DNA of 63,998 nt, filler included, from Neolecta irregularis DAH-3 (taxonomy: Eukaryota), in assembly GCA_001929475.1 (NCBI GenBank). It is 7 parts of 7 records of this genome, joined end to end, with 100 filler letters (N's around TTAATTAATTAA, not from the genome) between each part and the next. Parts side by side here need not be neighbours in the genome. Positions count along the whole stretch, not along the records: positions 37,565 to 39,777 come from LXFE01001375.1; positions 39,878 to 51,161 come from LXFE01001376.1; 5 more parts are not named here. The stretch is one strand, 5' to 3'. The translations under genes and the position numbers were made by a program. A model generated the notes under the pieces. The model was given only the letters and a program-made list of their open reading frames with translations, ran no database searches and was not told the DNA's origin. Position 1 is the stretch's first letter, and each line of letters opens with the position of its first letter. Positions 37,934 through 51,261 of this stretch are shown here, one piece after another.

Positions 37934-38247
37934 AGAGACTAAAACAGGCGTAACGGGCTGTACAAACCAATCACAGTTATTTTCAAAAAACGTTGGCGAC
38001 GACTAGACCGTTATGGTTATCAAGAATAAAAAGATAAAATAAACCCGCGAATATCTCAATTCCCTAGACCTATTTAAAACCCGACCAGAGATAATAGTTA
38101 AATAAATAGGCAAGCCATTGGCGTACTTTGTACGTAAAACACCTCTGTCTATTCCAAAAGATAGCACGAAACCGCTGAAATTAATGCTCGACTTTTTGAA
38201 TTAAAGAGTAGAATTTGTAGGATGGCGAGCGAGTGTCATTATGATTA

Positions 38248-39777
38248 TCACGATTTCCGTTTAGAAGAATGGATAGGCTGTTTCTCTAGGCCATCGGCAG
38301 CAATGAGCGTATGTTTATGGGATCCCGAGGTGATCAACAAACCAGCAGGATCCAACGTACACATTGCCAAATCCTGGTCAATCCAAGGATAATTCCAGAC
38401 TTGGGAGATGGTTACTCGAGAAAGCGGATCAGTATCCAGCATTTGAGAGATTATTAGTCTGCTTTCTCTGGGGAGTAAACGGAGGAGACGATCGGGTCCT
38501 TTGATTACTGGCGGCACTGAAGAAATAGGCACGGGTGTGTCTTGTGTATCGGTAGGCGAAACGAATAATTTGAAACTGTAATCTGAAAGACGCGGGATTT
38601 TCCATGGAAAGCGTCTGAGAATCATGCAGCTGGATATCAATGGAGTGAGAAAGAGGGAGGTACCAAAAGATGATTGCACAACTCCATACATCAACGGGAG
38701 CGGGATTATATTTTAAATTCGAACAAGCTTCAGGACTAGTATTAGCGTATGATGGAGAGATAAAGATACGCAAGGTATGGATCTGACCCGACGATGCCGA
38801 CAGCCTGTACGATATCGTGTTCAAAAGGATATTTGAAGACAGTGGCGCTGCCAAAGTCTATAATCTTGACAATACCATTTTGGTCGATTACGCAATTGTC
38901 TAGTTTGAGGTCACGGTGGGCGAGACCCATGGAGTGCAGGTAACACACGGCATTTAGGATTTGTTTCCAGGCACAATAGATTTCTTCACGAGACATGCGA
39001 CAGGACATGACACATGCAAACTACACGGGATGAGGCGGGCAGAAAGAGGACGAGATACCAGATCGTAGGGACAATATTCCATGACTTGATAGAAATGGGT
39101 GTGTTCTTTGATGATGTCTAGGGTTTCAATGATGTTTGGATGGTGCAGTGTTGATCCGATGCAGAACTCTGCGGTGACTTTTTTTGTGTATTCGCGGTCT
39201 GATTCGAAGGGAGCTTTGTGTCTGAATTCTTTTACAGCAAAAGTTTTTGAATCTGAGGGTCTTTTCATGAGACGTACTGAGCCTCCAGCGCCTGAGCCGA
39301 TGACCTTGCCGAATTTTCCGTACTTGCGAAAGAGGCCGGCATGGTCGTCTGCAAAGGGCATTGTGTTCTGGGAGAGTTTTGACTGTTTCTGGGCGGAGGG
39401 GTTGTGGTGCTTGAAGAAGCGGGTGAGGTTTACGAAGCTGGCGGAGGGGGAGCGGGCGGGGGAGCGGGCGGGGTCTGAGGGCTGGTCGTCTTTTTGTTTC
39501 TGGTGGTGGTGGGCGAGGGCGAGGAGGCCGTGGCTGTGTTTCTTTGGGAGGGCGAACTTGAACTGGGGGCCGGAGGGATGGGCGGGTCTGTTTGAGCGGC
39601 TGTAGGCGTGGGCGGCGTCTGGCGGGGGCGAGGGCGAGAGCGGCGAGTGCGAGGGGGGGAGCGGAGGCGGCGAGTGGGAGAGAGGCGGAGAGTGGGAGAG
39701 GGGTGAGTGGGAGAGGGGCGGCGAGTGGGAGAGAGGTGAGTGGGAGAGGGGTGAGTGAGAGACAGGCGAGTGAGAGA
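38248..39777 (-). CDS. SAT4: Hal4/Sat4-family Ser/Thr protein kinase (5' end in the gap)
   Basis: [68 protein letters not shown] and DVWS. Confidence 0.9.
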
Positions 39778-39876
39778 NNNNNNNNNNNNNNNNNNNNNNN
39801 NNNNNNNNNNNNNNNNNNNNNTTAATTAATTAANNNNNNNNNNNNNNNNNNNNNNNNNNNNNNNNNNNNNNNNNNN

Positions 39877-40220
39877 NCCATAATTATTCTGCAAACCCCC
39901 TCTTTGTATCCAGAGCTCGTAAAACGAGTAACAAGGGGCTTTATCATGACTTTAACGGAGGCAGGTCTTGTCAGATTGCGATATGTGAAGTTTGAAAGAA
40001 TAGAAGTGAAGGTGATATTTTCCCCTCTAGTTGAAATAGCAGTGGAATCTGGTGCCAAAGAAGAAGATACCAAGGACGCTGGGATAATTATTTCGCCTAT
40101 CTCGGAGTGTGGGATGGGAGTTGCTTGTCCAAGGCATATAGTTGACGTGATGGTGACGGTAATAGTAGACCGAACTGCGATGGCAGAAACGATATAGAGA
40201 AAAATGGCGAGGGGATTCAT
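39877..40220 (-). CDS. Small secreted Ser/Thr-rich protein, 3' end in the gap
   Basis: MNPLAIFLYIVSAIAVRS signal-like start, Thr/Ser-rich body, open until the N run. Confidence 0.5.
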
Positions 40221-41356
40221 TTTCGATAATGGAAACAGAAAAGGCGGGGTTAAAAGAGTGAATAGGCTTGTGGCCTGTTAGGTAGTTGATAGATAGGCAG
40301 ATCGCTCAAGCTTTTTAAAGTCACAAGTCGCCTATGAAGACTTTGTTTACAATGTCTTGATTTGAAGTATCGGTTCGAAACCATGCTTTGCATCGCAAGT
40401 AGCCGATGCCGAGGTCTTCCGCGTTCTTCATCTCGTTGCTAACTAAACCACTTTCTAAGGAAATGCATTGTGNNNNNNNNNNGCTTGATTTGAAGTATCG
40501 GTTCGAAACCATGCTTTGCATCGCAAGTAGCCGTGCCGAGGTCTTCCGCGTTCTTCATCTCGTTGCTAACTAAACCACTTTCTAAGGAAATGCATTGTGC
40601 TTGGATGAGGATTTGCAAACCAACATGATTTGTACGACCTCGGTAATTCAGGACTCTTATCTTACACCAGATGAATTAGCAACAGATTTACTGAAGGAAT
40701 TATGTTTTTCTAAGACTGATTCACGTTGGATTATTTGACAATATGTGTTGCGGAGCCAGTGAAATTTTCCACTTGTTATGAACCGTTTCCCATTGTGTAT
40801 GATTATCGCCGGGCAGGCGATAAAAGGCGAGAGGGCAGGGGGATAAAGGATGGAGTGGGGCCACGACTTGACCACAACGTCGCAACCCCCACCAGCTTGC
40901 CACCGCCACCGCCAAAGTATCGGATCAAGCACAAGGAGCAGCAAGGGTCGCCGATCATCCCAGGCGGGCCAGTGATAGGCATCGCCACCCAGCAGATCAA
41001 TGGAAAGGCGGGTAGGCAGATGATGGCAGCAGTACATGTGGTGACTCTGTATATAAGTAGTGCCCAGCCAGATTAGCTGGCTAGGCTTTCACCTGATATT
41101 CAATATATATGTAGTTACTTTTACTTACAGTATCTACAGCAGCATATCCAACCTAAGTCCACATCAGTGCCCAACCTAAGGTCATGTGCTGCAGTGATAT
41201 ATTGAATATAACAATTTATACTTGCTTTACTTGGGCTTTGGCCCATCCCCAACACTGTAAATATATTTTGCCTATCCCCCACACTATAAATACATTTTAC
41301 CTACTCCTATGTGCACCAAATGATTGGCTTTATATTTTGGAAGGTAGATTAGAGAT

Positions 41357-41491
41357 GTAGACCATTTAGACGTCTAGACCGACTTGACATTTGGTCTAGT
41401 CGGTCTAGACCGGTTTTAGTGCCAGTCTAGTCTGGTCTATATAGACGGTCTAGACCGACCGTCGATTTGGTCCAGTCGATTGAGAACACTG
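41357..41491 (-). mobile_element. Putative hAT-type transposon terminus with subterminal GTCTAGAC/TAGACC repeats
   Basis: Ends in TTGAGAACACTG (reverse complement CAGTGTTCTCAA, an hAT-like TIR) after dense short palindromic repeats. No partner TIR found. Confidence 0.45.
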
Positions 41492-41957
41492 GCCTGGTCT
41501 GGAGTTAGGGTTCATGATTTGTGTCATCTGATACATGATACACAAAGGATATACCATCGAAACGATAGGCAGACTAGTCTGAGCAGAGCTTAGTTGCTAT
41601 GTTTTTATTCATCAGGACTGTTTTTTATGAATACTCGATTTCCTTCTCTTTGTCTGGCGAGGTCTGAGGCACGTCCCCTAATATCTCAGGGCGTAGTTAC
41701 AACACAAATACAAGTCCACCAGTCTAGATAATTGAGACCAACTTTTTGTTCCCCAATCATGCCCAGATGGAGATTCTGTATGTCGACAAGATCCTGGTTT
41801 TCCTCATCTGGGATAGATAAGCCAGGCAGATCACATTTATGTGGTGGACGATCTCCTGAGACAAAGTGAAACAAACACGCGCTTCTTATCTCCCCGTGAC
41901 TTCCCGGTATGAGGGGCTGTTTATAGAAAAACATCCGGTTTCTTTTAGACTCTCCTT

Positions 41958-42926
41958 ATGAGTCTGCACTATTCTTCCTGTCCTTTCACAGATCATGAGC
42001 GAGAGCTTATTTATTGGTTTTCAAGACTGACTGGTATCTGTGCATATGAAGCCCTAGAGGCCATTAGTTGGGCTTTCGGTACATCTATGCTCAAAATGAA
42101 ATTTACACAAAGGATATCTATCAATTTTTTCGTGGATGTTCGCGCAGCTCCCACAGATTGTAACCAATTATCAAAACGGTTCTGTCGTTGGTTTGTCGTT
42201 AGCGTTCCTCGTCTCTTGGTTTCTCGTGCTATCTTTATTTTTTCGAGCCTAACACCTGATAGGGCGATATCACAAATCTATTGGGCTGTCTTCTGACAGA
42301 TCAGCTTCCTTTTCAAACAATGCTGGCTCGCTATTACGTTGCCGTCGATTTCGTCCTTCTTGGTCAATATGCATACTATTCCTTCATTCGTTCACCACGC
42401 AGACTGCATGTGAATCCTGTGTTTAGTCCTTCTTCTGCAGCATTGCTTCTCTTTGTTGCGTCGTCAAGTGCTACGCTGACATCGCCGAATGAGAGAGGAC
42501 ACGTTACTCCGTTCTCTAAAGATCTCGGTCGGGTATTCTCTTGGACATGTACAGCATTCTATTTAAGCAGTCGGCTACCTCAACTTTGGGTATACTATAT
42601 CCTTTTTACTGCACTGCTCATATAATTAGAAGAACTACATACGAAAGTCTTGTTCTGGCCTTAGTCTCGGTCTCTTCGTGGCCGCTTTTCTTGGCAATTT
42701 ATTCTACACCTCCTCAATTTTGACTTCTCCTGAAGTCACACGAGATCCACAGTACTTGACCTCTGCACTTCCCTTCATTTTGGGCGCAGCAGGGACTTTG
42801 GTATTTGACATGGCGATATTCATACAATGGATTTGGTATAATCGGACGTTTGAAGAGAAAGAGAGAGGAGAGCAAGAATACTTACTGCCTCGTTCGAGCG
42901 GGTTATTTTATCCTTCAGTGGGTTAG
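41958..42926 (+). CDS. PQ-loop vacuolar cationic amino-acid transporter (Ypq1/Rtc2/Stm1 family)
   Basis: SWMFAQLPQIVTNY..GLS, GDITNLLGCLLTDQLPFQ and FYLSSRLPQLW|KNY..GLS..AAFLGNLFY. Confidence 0.88.
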
Positions 42927-43204
42927 ATGGGGCGTTGTTGCATTTTTGGGATGGCATAGGTTAATTTTAGTGAGCATATATAGGTCAGGGTTTTGTGTTG
43001 GGAATGCGTAGGAGTAATATCATGGCATATATTCATAAGCTCCAATTAGATTTGGATGCATTTACAAGATCTTCAGAAACTCATCTAGACACCTAAGTCC
43101 TCATATGGACTTGCTTTCCTTGAAGACAGCTATTGAAGATGGCAAGATTTATCAAGCTGTTACTTGCATGCTCATGTCGATGTTGAGTATGGTTTCGTGG
43201 GGAC

Positions 43205-43364
43205 TATAAGCTATGCGCTTAGAAGTCCGATAAGACCAATTGTTATAACTAGCCTAAGTATTCGTACTTGGCTAGGAATGTATGTCTAACTTCTGCCTAT
43301 ATATACTTCCCGTCAAGCCGCTTTGCCGTATTGGTAAGATATACCCTTTGGGTATATTCTTGCA
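43205..43364 (+). mobile_element. Diverged solo LTR of the same family
   Basis: TATAAG start, CGATAAGAC, CTAGCCTAAGTATT and terminal GGTAAGATATACCC-TTT-GGGTATATTCTTGCA hairpin. Confidence 0.55.
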
Positions 43365-43685
43365 ACTCCAAGTCCCACAGCCCCCACACGACGGCACAGG
43401 CAGTATTCTGCCTGGAGGGCGCAACGGGCCAGAGGCGTTCGCCCAATCCGGGAAAGCGGACCTGGATCTGGAGGGCGGTCCGGATCCCAAAGGGGAGGCG
43501 GAGCTTGGGGGCAATGCTGGCGAGCCAGGACGGGTATTTAGGTAGAGCATGGCGCGGCTAGCGCACTCGGCTTAATACTGCAATAATATATCAATACAGG
43601 TTGCTATTTCTACATAAAACCACTCACCTGCTATACGGCCTTAAGGCTCAGCGGAGTTCGAACCACCGAGGTTTCATCCTCAAAG

Positions 43686-43867
43686 TGTAAGTATTGAAGC
43701 CCAGATACGAATAAGACTAGGTTGTATTGTTTCTAGCCTAAGTATTGGCGACTTGGCTTGGTATGAACCGCCAATCTATATTAAATACTACAATTTTAAT
43801 TGCCGCAATATTAATGCAAGCCTTCCTTCCTTATTGGTAAGCGTGTGCCCTGTGGCACAAGTTTACA
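43686..43867 (+). mobile_element. Solo LTR, 182 bp, TGTAAG...TTTACA
   Basis: TG...CA termini with a short inverted repeat and flanks CAAAG/CACAG (5-bp TSD, one mismatch). Near-identical segments occur at 62318-62382 and 62761-62788. Confidence 0.75.
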
Positions 43868-44137
43868 CACAGCCTGAAATAATTGCAAACGAGTTTTATA
43901 TTATCTTGCTATCTATTCCCTGAAATGCTTTTTTGTGTGCCTTTAACAATGGAACAAGGCCAAATTTCTTCGCCTAAGAAAAGATTGTTTCGGATGAACG
44001 ATTCAACCCTGTCATGACAATAAAACCAGTCATGAGATAACACCCAAAAATGTTGAAGTTGAATGTGCAGAAAATCATCATTTGTATAATACGTACCATC
44101 ACGTTAAAACCCTACAAATAAAAAAGGCGTTGACCAA

Positions 44138-46726
44138 TTATTCCTTCTTCTGATTTTCCCGACCACGGCGGTCGACTTCTTCCAATTCCCAGGCAACTTT
44201 AATAGGCCCATCGACAGGTCCAACCCATTCTCGCACTTTCTCTCTAAGAATTTCTATACTTTGCTGCATCATAGCCCGAATAATTCGTTCAAGCGGACCA
44301 ACAAGATTCATCTGAATTATGATATATGCACCAACTCCCAAAAGTCCAATAAAGAGAAAATAGAGCGGATTTCGCAAGAGAGCGATCAGTTCATTCCAGC
44401 CTAGGGCAAGCATGACTCCATATATCCATAGGGGAACCTGAGAAACATTTGAGATAGTGCTTCGCTTCGCTTCAACGTAAAGAGCGTCAGCGGACTTTTT
44501 GAAGCGTGTTGAAAGATCGTGCTGTTTCGAGGCGGAAAGCACCTGGATAAGTTTCGAATGAGAGAGAGTTTCTGTTTGAGGGATGGGAATGTCGGGTTCG
44601 GAGCCATCTCGTAATTTGAAAAGCGAGAAAAGGGGTATGAGCTTGAGGGCCTGATGTACATGAGAATAACGAATAGGAAATAGCAAACCTCATCTCGAGC
44701 AGCTCGGTAGTATCCATCGATATCGTCAGATGGCTTCCAGACCCGAGGAACACCTTCACTATCATATCGGAATTTGTCTTCAAAACTAGGACCGTTAGAA
44801 ATCATGCCACAATTTAAAAATGATTACTTTTCGCGTAATTTCAAGAGCATATTGCTCTCACTTACCTCCTCGTCAATCTTTGCTCGCAACGCCAACCACG
44901 CCTTCCTCTTCAATTCTTCGACACTGCTCTCATTCTCTTCATCAGTAGCATTAAACCCTTTCGAATGGTTCAGGAACCTTTCAACTTCGATGTCGAGAAT
45001 ATCGTTAAACAAGGATAGGACACGATCCCACATTTCCAAGTCTGGTTTTTTAAAAACCATGCTAATAGGTTCGTCGATTGCATTCCTAATTTGTTTTTCT
45101 GTCCGGTTCAATGCACGATCAACTTCTTCTTGACGGAGCTTAGTTCCAAGCTCTTCGAGTTCGGTCTTTAATAGATCTAATTCGACATCAAATGCCCATC
45201 CTGCTCCTTCGACGTTGCATTTATTTGCTTGTTCAATGAATCTAGTTTCTGCTATTAACAAAGCTGTGGAGAGGAGATTTGCAAAGTCGTACGAGCCGCT
45301 AGAAAGTTTACTTTGAATGGAAGATTGGAATTCTGTAATTGTGGATTTGTGAAGGGCAGAGAGTTGAGCAACAAAAAGGACATGTAAGCGGGAATCGGTT
45401 TTGTTTCGTAGATCCTCTCGTTTTCGTTGATATACCTGATTATGATACCGACTTGCTTCAGTATCGAAAATTTCTAAGAATATTAGCCTAAAAACAGGAC
45501 GAAAAGCCTACTTAGAGCAGCTTCCCTTGCTTCTGTCATAAAGTTACCGAGGTCTGGAATAACTCTGCCAGCATTGGAATTCGCCTCGACAACCTTGATT
45601 ATTCTATTAAACTCTTCGACAGCCAGGGCAGAAATTTCATCACATCGATATTGCGCGAGTAGTTCCTGTTGAGTAGGGAGATCCAAATCCTTATTACTCA
45701 TGATTTGCGTCCATATTCCACTGGCATAAACACTCAAACCATCTGCAGGAATTCGTTTATGATAGACAGGATTGAAGACATAATCCTTGTGCGATTTTTC
45801 CGCGAATCGCTTTTGAAGGACCGCTATTTCTGCATCAAATTTGTCAGGCATTAAGATTTTGTGCGAGAGGGCGGTGAACTGGAAATCGAAATACTCTTCA
45901 ATTTGACAATTTTCAAGGCCTGCAGGTTTTGATAATGTTGACCAGATTTTTGTTAGATCGGCTTGAATTAAGGTTTGGAGATTAGAGAGCGGGGTCGTTC
46001 CGACATGATCTCGAATGACGAAAATAAGGAGAGAACGCTCTTTCCTACTGATTAATCAGCAGAGGGAGGACAAGGAATACATACGTGCTATTTTTCTGGA
46101 ATAACTGAAGATTGACTTCGAACACAGTCTTCAAGAGACCCATATTTGCACCTTGATATAATCCAACCTGGTGCTCCCATAGATTCACAATGATGACTTC
46201 GCTTGTGGCAAGCGAGAATAACGCAGATTTCCTTTCGAAATCCTGAGCAAGTCAGCTCTCAATGGAGCGGTCTGTAATATACTTGGTTGTCGCCCCTTTC
46301 TCTCCCGTCCGTTCCTTCTACATCCATAATGAGGATATTGGAGTTTACACCTCGAGACATCCATATTCCTCGTACTGAGAATGCTTATGGAGAGGTGGAC
46401 CCATACCTTTTGTTGTCTGTTTCCTCGCGGCTTCGTCCATCGTCTCGAATTTCGTTCCAAATAGCTTGTTTAGAAGAGTACCTCGATCGTAAGCTCTGGA
46501 TCCATACAAACAATAGAATACTCTTTCCTGTTGATTGCGATCCAAAAACAGCGATGAGATTGTAGTTGAAACCCGCATGATCGAGTCCAACTTTGGCCAT
46601 ATACCGGGGTAATTCATCGCTAAGAGTCAGTGATTCTCCAGGAAAAAGGCCGTGCGTAAATTCCTGCTCCCCTGAGATCAGCTGGATATTGTCTGAATAG
46701 GAATCTGCGCCGTTTACCGAATGCAT
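44138..46726 (-). CDS. SEY1: ER-fusion dynamin-like GTPase Sey1/RHD3
   Basis: [47 protein letters not shown] and ALGWNE. Confidence 0.95.
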
Positions 46727-46936
46727 TGGAGGGCGAAATGAGTGAGAAGGTATCGGAATTGGCGGAATGAACAGTATAAGCGTCACAATTCCACGTCACT
46801 CATGTTGTGTCTTCTTTTTCCAAAATACTAAAAAGGACTTTATCAAGATTCAAATGGAAGGTCTGGATGGAAAACACTATCCTGTAATTTTTCTAATGTG
46901 TCATACATTTTACTTTTGATCCTGACTCCAACCGCC

Positions 46937-48034
46937 ATGGTAGCCCAATCTTCTCCCGCTTCTACTCCAACACAGCCAAATGGAGGCTCAAATGCTCCTC
47001 CGCCGTCTCCAAAACGCATTCTGCTCGAGCCCTTGATCGTCCAAATGCAGTCTGCGCTGCAATCAAAATTTCCGCGATACCAAAATTTGATCCGCGATTT
47101 TCTTCTTGGAAAAATCACCCGGGCAGAATTCAATGATTCTATTGTCCAGGTACTCGAAAAGAGACACTGTAGACCACAGATACTTTTGCCTATTAACGCA
47201 AAGACAAACTTCACAATGAGATTGTGTTATCAATATACACCAATGCGTTCCACGATCCATCAACAGAAAATGGTGCCTATGACTGGGGAACGAAGCGCAA
47301 GAAGCTAGGACCCCAATCACATCGTAATGAAAACGCCAAAAAGTTAAAGACAGAAGTTCTCTCGCTCCCCATTCGCGAGCGCCAGAAATTGAAAACCATG
47401 CTAGTTGTACGTCTCTCTGTTGAACATTGCTCAAACAACAGAATGAACATAAAGGACCAGCAATACTACCGTCTAGTCTGATTGAAACCAGGATAAACAA
47501 GCTTCCAAAAGTACCGTATGCTCGGGACAGATTTAACACTTGTACGAGGTACACGTGTGAAATATGCTGACCCGAGATTGTCATGACGTCAAACAAGGTC
47601 TGTTTGTACCATTATTAACAGAGCAACAATGTCTCCCAGAGATCTCGGGCCTCTCTGATCGAACTCATGCAATTGCTATCGAACATGGTTTGCTGGATGG
47701 TATTGAATCAGGTGTAAGCGACTATCTGCTCAATTCCCTTGAGGTGCATCTCTTCATTCTTCCGCCAATTGATGACTAATAGGCCCATCTCAAGAATATC
47801 ATCCAACAAACTCGAATCTCACGAGCGGGCACGGAAATTAATCAGTTAGACGACTTTTCCGTTTCTCTGACCATTTCCGGGGGCACTTTTGTAGAAAATG
47901 TTTCAAGTATTATTCGGTATTGGAATTCTGGAGGTTGCGGTCATAGCGAGTCAGACACGGAAGATGCGGAAGGCGTCACAGAGAGTAGGGAACAAAGAGA
48001 ATTATGGAGCGTTTTGGACGAGGTGTTGGCTTAG
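46937..48034 (+). CDS. HFI1: SAGA subunit Hfi1/Ada1
   Basis: FLLGKITRAEF, KLHNEIVLSIYTNA, KKLKTEVLSLPIRERQKLK and IAIEHGL..LE|AHLKNII. Confidence 0.8.
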
Positions 48035-48326
48035 GATTTGGTGCTATTTTTCATTGTCATAAAGAGTTGACCACCGATGGTAACTTGCTTTCTCTCAAAT
48101 TTTGACAAAATTTTGGTGAAAGAAAGGATAGGTAACTCAATTTCATGCATCAATACTTGTATGGTCATATGGATACGTATATAAATTTTGACAAGTCACA
48201 TGTAAAATGACCAATGTCATTGGATTTTGTCCAGTGAAACTTGGAAGATAAAATAGATCTTACAGGCATCAATGTATATTGTTTATCAAGAAAGGACCAA
48301 AATGACACTCTTCCCTCCTATTTACC

Positions 48327-50302
48327 CTAATGTTTCTTTGAAAATTGAGTTTCTAGACGAATCAGCTCACATCAACCTATGTAAGGCATACCAGTAACCC
48401 CCATACCCATAGCAGCAGTGCTTGAAATGCCACCAGTGACAACCTTGAGCAACCCATCAACGTAATTAGCACCACTCCATTTCTGATGGGTAAGGACGTC
48501 GACTCCACGCTCCCGTTCTGGTTCTTGGACCTAATCGTTAGCAAACTGAATTACAGAGACATGCTTTTTCGACGTAAGCTTTCATTCCTTCGGTGCTGAA
48601 TGCTTTCGCAAAGGTGTCGATGGCCAGAGCGGTACTATATGGTCAACTCAAATTAACTCGCAAGAGATACGAATGAAGGCCACCTAACGTAACAAATTGC
48701 CAAACAAAGCCCAATTTGGCAAGTTTCCATATAAACTCCTTTTCCTCATGGCTTCCTAGGCCGGAGGATTTCCAATTAAAACTAGGCGAAAGATTGTACG
48801 CAAGCCATTGGTTCGGATAAACTGCCTACTATTAGTGTCTTTGCAAGTAAGCGAAAAAGTACATGGACACCGTCAGCAAATTCTTTGGCTTGCGCATAGA
48901 TTGGGCTCTTCGTTTCCATCCAAAGAAGATCAGCGTAGGGTGCATATGCAATTGCGCGGTTGATAGCACATTTGGTCCCGCCTTGATAGCGATAATACCC
49001 TTCTCGAGTTCTGGGTGCATCCCAGTCCCACTGCATGGTGGCGCCGAGCAACATACTTGCAATAGCACGAGCTTCGGAGTTGCTTTTTCCCTTTGCTTCT
49101 TTTTTGTACCTTTCAGTCAATTCGGATTTGTTCTTGAAGACTCCGGAAGATATAGCTTCCAACACAGCATCGTCGAACAATTTTAGATCTGCAGAGGACA
49201 ACCAATCGTCCTCTACCTTCTGAAGAGCAGAACCGGTTTTTCCAAGTTTTTCGGCAGAGAGCATTACATCCACTAAAGGCGGCAAAGTAGGATTTGTGGA
49301 GCCAAGGATGAATGAGTGGTCACGATGATCAATAGTGCTCGTAATCAAAGTAGCTGCTTCACTGTCTGTTCTGGCGATTGCAAGATTCTCAACGCCCATT
49401 ATATCGTATTGAGCCCGAATCGCTACTAATCTGTTGATGTGCTCGCTGATTGGAACAAGAACTTTGCCCGCCATATGTCTTGAATTAATAAACATATCAA
49501 TGAGAACTGTACCCGCATTTTTTGGTTCCCGGAGCTTGGTCTTCGATATGTATTCCTGCAGCTCCTCGTTCGACAAACATCTTGGTCAGTTTCATGATCG
49601 CAGTCAGTCCACCGTGTCTACTTTTTCAGGCCCAAGCTATTTATAAATAAAATACCCAGTGTCCGCGTCTGCAATAATCGGTCGCAAGTAATCAATATAC
49701 GGAATAGTCTTTCTTTGTTCTAGACTAATTCCTAATCTTTCCTCTCTCTGCTTTCGATCGTGGAACAATTGAGCCATGAATAAGTGTTCAACCTTTCGGG
49801 GAACGGTATCCATTGGATAATCTGCGAGGTCGGGGCCGGGTTCATTTGATGAAGATGCGGTGCTACTACATTGCCAGCCAGACACATAGACTGTTTCGAG
49901 ATATTTAGCCATCTGCGTAATGTGGACAGGATCGAGGGCGCCAAATGTATGGGAAGGTGTCCGGTTCTAAGGCCGTCAGTAGTATTTTGAAAGCAAAAGA
50001 TTGATCGGGCAAGCAAAAAGCGGTCTCCATGCGTAATGGAGGAAATTGGTCATACTTTGAATCGTTCATCCAATATTCCCCAAAGCTTTTTAGCTTGGAC
50101 ATTCGATGGATATTCAATCTTCAAAGTCCCCCGTTTGTTGACAATTACATTTGCATTATACGGTCTATCGTTAGTTCTTATTCAATGCTAGTGGAAGCAA
50201 CCGAGTGAGCTTTCGGAACCGCGGGCTTTTCCACCACTGCAGAGTATCGTCGACTTCCCGCTGGAAAGCGTTGTCTTCCGCGTAAACGTCGATTAATGAC
50301 AT
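48327..50302 (-). CDS. ICL1: Isocitrate lyase
   Basis: [36 protein letters not shown] (ICL-type active site), [18 protein letters not shown] and HQKWSGA. Confidence 0.95.
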
Positions 50303-50357
50303 GGCGTTTAGTGGAAATGGCTGAAAAAGATGAAAGCCGATCAAGAGCGGGAGATCT

Positions 50358-50384
50358 GTGGGGAATCTCGGGTCCCCGCTTTTT
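50358..50384. promoter_or_regulatory. CreA/Mig1-type carbon-repression sites upstream of ICL1
   Basis: GTGGGG at 50358 and CCCCGCTTTTT (reverse complement AAAAAGCGGGG) at 50374, 55-80 nt from the ATG of a classically glucose-repressed gene. Confidence 0.4.
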
Positions 50385-51261
50385 ACGGGAGATCCAGGAG
50401 CAGGCGTCCACGTGCAACCCGAGGCCCAGTGGCGGCAGAAGTCGCAAAATACCAGTGTTGCGTCAGCAATCCTTGCTATCGATAAAGTGATTACTTATTG
50501 CTCAATTTGATGGCACTCGTGAATCCCGAATATATCTCGATTCCCTATTCAGAATCAGGATACGCATCCTTTGCAGCGTTTTATCCCTTTTACCTAGGCG
50601 AACACTCGAATGTGGTATGTAGAAGGCTCCACCTCGCAGGCATCTATTGCTTTTAATATGGACTAATCACAGGGTCTACGCTCTCATTGACTATTCTGAT
50701 ATACGCGATATTAAAGTGCGAACCAAGCAAGTTATTTTACATCCCATTGTGTGGATATAGCTGTGCATGGGTCGGTCATTTTTGGTTTGGCAAGGCGATG
50801 AGACGGCCAGTGATAATTGGTAGAACAAAATAAACCAGCGACGTTCAAACATCCCATGTACTCGTTGATGGGCGATTTTAAGCTTTGGAGTGAGGTAGTA
50901 CTCCTAAAGAGAAGACCTTGATCCCCCACTGGAATAATTATCGGGTAAATTACATATTACGCCGGATGACTTTCACCCTGCAAGTATTTTCACACCCAAT
51001 TACCATGTCTCTCAGAGACGTCCATTTCTCTGAACTTGGGGCGTTTATATTTTTGTATTTTCTAGGCTCGTCATTGACTAATATTTAACCCCGGGTAGTT
51101 CGTGACAAAGGACTAGAAGTGCCGTACTGATCATTGCATGTAGAAGCCATTTGTATTTATANNNNNNNNNNNNNNNNNNNNNNNNNNNNNNNNNNNNNNN
51201 NNNNNTTAATTAATTAANNNNNNNNNNNNNNNNNNNNNNNNNNNNNNNNNNNNNNNNNNNN

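Noticed and set aside
40356..40598. Direct repeat of about 115 bp containing GGTTCGAAACC
   Set aside because: The copies flank a 10-N gap (overlap artefact) and there is no tRNA cloverleaf around the B-box-like motif.
43638..43670. tRNA-like A/B boxes (AGGCTCAGCGG..GTTCGAACC)
   Set aside because: The boxes are directly adjacent, with no anticodon arm or acceptor stem.
43205..43867. Two LTRs plus a 320-bp interior as a single TRIM element
   Set aside because: The two LTRs are too divergent from each other and the second has its own TSD, favouring independent insertions.
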